64,000 nt of DNA from Patescibacteria group bacterium. Its GTDB lineage: Bacteria; Patescibacteriota; Minisyncoccia; Minisyncoccales; CAZWNE01. Below the pieces are notes generated by a model, which saw nothing but the letters and a program-made list of their open reading frames with translations, was not told the origin of the DNA and made no database searches. This document shows, one piece after another, positions 62,667-64,000 of the stretch (the first letter of the stretch is position 1; each line of letters starts with the position of its first letter). The position numbers and the translations under genes are program-made. The stretch is taken from contig JBBTTI010000001.1 in the NCBI GenBank assembly GCA_038078735.1, forward strand, positions 20,830-84,829, written 5' to 3'.

Positions 62667-62792
62667 TTCTGCGCGACCCTGATGGTAATCGCTATGTCCT
62701 CTACCTGTACTGGAAAGATGGCCAGTGGAACTGGAACTACAACTGGCTCGACAACGACTGGAACGCTAACAATCCGTCCGCTGTCCTCGCAA
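62667..62792 (+). repeat. DGR template repeat (TR)
   Basis: Same orientation as the VR. AAC/AAT/TAT/TAC/AAA codons at exactly the positions that differ in the VR. Confidence 0.9.
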
Positions 62793-62802
62793 CTTTCTTT
62801 AT

Positions 62803-63210
62803 TTACCCGCCCAATTTTAGGCGGGTTTGTTTTACAAGCTGGCCCTGCCAGCCGCCGAGCATTTTCCCTAGTTCGTCTATTTTTAAGGATAGAGCTATGT
62901 ATTTTTTATCATCCAGGGATTTTGTTTCCCAGCACATCATTAAGAATATTTTAAGAGTGTCTATTTTTCTTCGTGCTAAACGGACGTAAGGCAATTTTTC
63001 TTCTTTGTTAAGAAATCCGGCGGTAGTTATTGCTTCTATGGCGTTAACAAAAAGATTGTCGATTTTCTGCCCGAGCGAATACCGGTGCGTTTTTGGTATA
63101 ATCGGATAATATTGGTACCAAAGAAGATAAGCGCTTTTCGCCTTCTGTAAAATTGGCAAAAGGGCGGGGCGGGGGGGGTTAGAAGTATGAATAAAATTAA
63201 GCTGGTTCAT
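62803..63210 (-). CDS. avd: Avd-like accessory variability determinant (four-helix-bundle family)
   Basis: YYPIIPKTHRYSLGQKIDNLFVNAIEAI...KIDTLKIFLMMCWE...IDELGKMLGGWQ pattern. Lies on the strand opposite to the TR and RT. Confidence 0.75.
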   Translation of the reverse strand: MNQLNFIHTSNPPRPALLPILQKAKSAYLLWYQYYPIIPKTHRYSLGQKIDNLFVNAIEAITTAGFLNKEEKLPYVRLARRKIDTLKIFLMMCWETKSLDDKKYIALSLKIDELGKMLGGWQGQLVKQTRLKLGG

Positions 63211-64000
63211 AATTATGATTATATCATTTCCATTGAAAACCTGCTTTTGGCGTGGAAGGAATTTTTAAAAGGGAAAAGGCATCGCAAAGATATGCAGGAG
63301 TTTGAATTCCGGCTGATGAATAATATCATTTCTCTGCACGATGATCTAGCCGCTAAAACCTATATTCATGGCGGTTATCATGCCTTCAAAATTTATGACC
63401 CGAAACTGCGGGACATCCACAAAGCAAGCGTACGGGACAGATTGTTGCATCATGCCGTCTACAGGGTTTTATATCCATTCTTTGACAGAATTTTTATATC
63501 AGATTCTTTTTCCTGCCGGCTCGGCAAGGGCACTCATAAGGCAATTAATAGATTTAGAGATTTTAGCCGTAAAGTATCTAAAAATAATACGAAAACAGCG
63601 TGGGTTTTGAAGTGCGACATTAGAAAGTTTTTTGCCTCGATAGACCAGAAGATACTGATTGATATTATAAAAGATTTCATACCAGACAAAGATATTGTTC
63701 GGCTCATTTCTGAAATTATCGGCAGTTTTTATTCAACCAAGGAAGGCAAGGGTCTGCCCCTTGGCAATCTTACTTCCCAGCTGCTGGTCAATATTTATAT
63801 GAATAAATTTGACCAATTTGTAAAACACAAACTCAAAGCAGAATATTATATCCGCTATGCGGACGATTTTGTCATTTTATCGAAAAATAAGGAATGGCTC
63901 AGATTGGCGTTGAAGGAAATGGGTAATTTTCTGCAAGATAAGCTAGACTTGCAATTGCACCCGAATAAAGTATCAATAGAAACCCTTGCTTCCGGAGTAG
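63188..64000 (+). CDS. DGR-type reverse transcriptase (3' end beyond the window)
   Basis: Manual translation: RDIHKASVRDRLLHHA, SFSCRLGKGTHKA, KCDIRKFFASIDQ, GLPLGNLTSQLLVNIYM, YIRYADDFVIL. Not in the ORF track because there is no stop before the window edge. Confidence 0.9.

Noticed and set aside
62651-62989. 112-aa track ORF covering the TR (and the 90-aa ORF 62682-62954)
   Set aside because: It starts at a GTG with no RBS. Its conserved part is exactly the TR copy of the target C-terminus, and downstream it runs antisense through avd. It is better explained as the non-coding template repeat.
1-64000. CRISPR arrays, rRNA genes, prophage or integrase genes
   Set aside because: No regularly spaced direct repeats, rRNA-like conserved stretches, or integrase, terminase or capsid-like ORFs were seen on either strand.

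Overview
AT-rich bacterial chromosome segment with short, tightly packed, often overlapping genes. The content is mostly housekeeping: six aminoacyl-tRNA synthetases (argS, ileS, glyQS, metG, leuS), murA/murE/glmS, infC-rpmI-rplT, smpB plus tmRNA, tsaC-tsaD-glyA-folD, recO, mutM, holA, polX, greA. Gene content and style suggest a reduced-genome Patescibacteria/CPR-like organism; that is inference only. The main finding is a complete diversity-generating retroelement (DGR) at the right edge. It comprises a target gene (61720-62358) with a C-terminal VR, a 126-nt TR whose 12 mismatches to the VR all fall on TR adenines, an Avd-like gene on the opposite strand, and a DGR-type reverse transcriptase running off the window. 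Two diverged paralogues of the target (22868-23392, 49232-49843) sit as GC-richer single-gene islands among housekeeping genes. Other observations:
- Three IS200-like/RAYT Y1 transposase homologues are each flanked by palindromes, and related copies of those palindromes lie in-frame inside essential genes (tsaD, leuS, folD).
- A tmRNA missed by the ORF track overlaps the smpB stop and the called infC start.
- Two complementary tRNA halves lie about 1 kb apart and bracket GIY-YIG + tRNA-Arg(CCG) + GNAT.
- A 56-nt duplication of the murA 3' end brackets a small insert.
- There is a circularly permuted MBL-fold hydrolase, a homopolymer frameshift, two toxin-antitoxin pairs and a terminator-ended leader upstream of tsaC.
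No rRNA genes or CRISPR arrays were seen.
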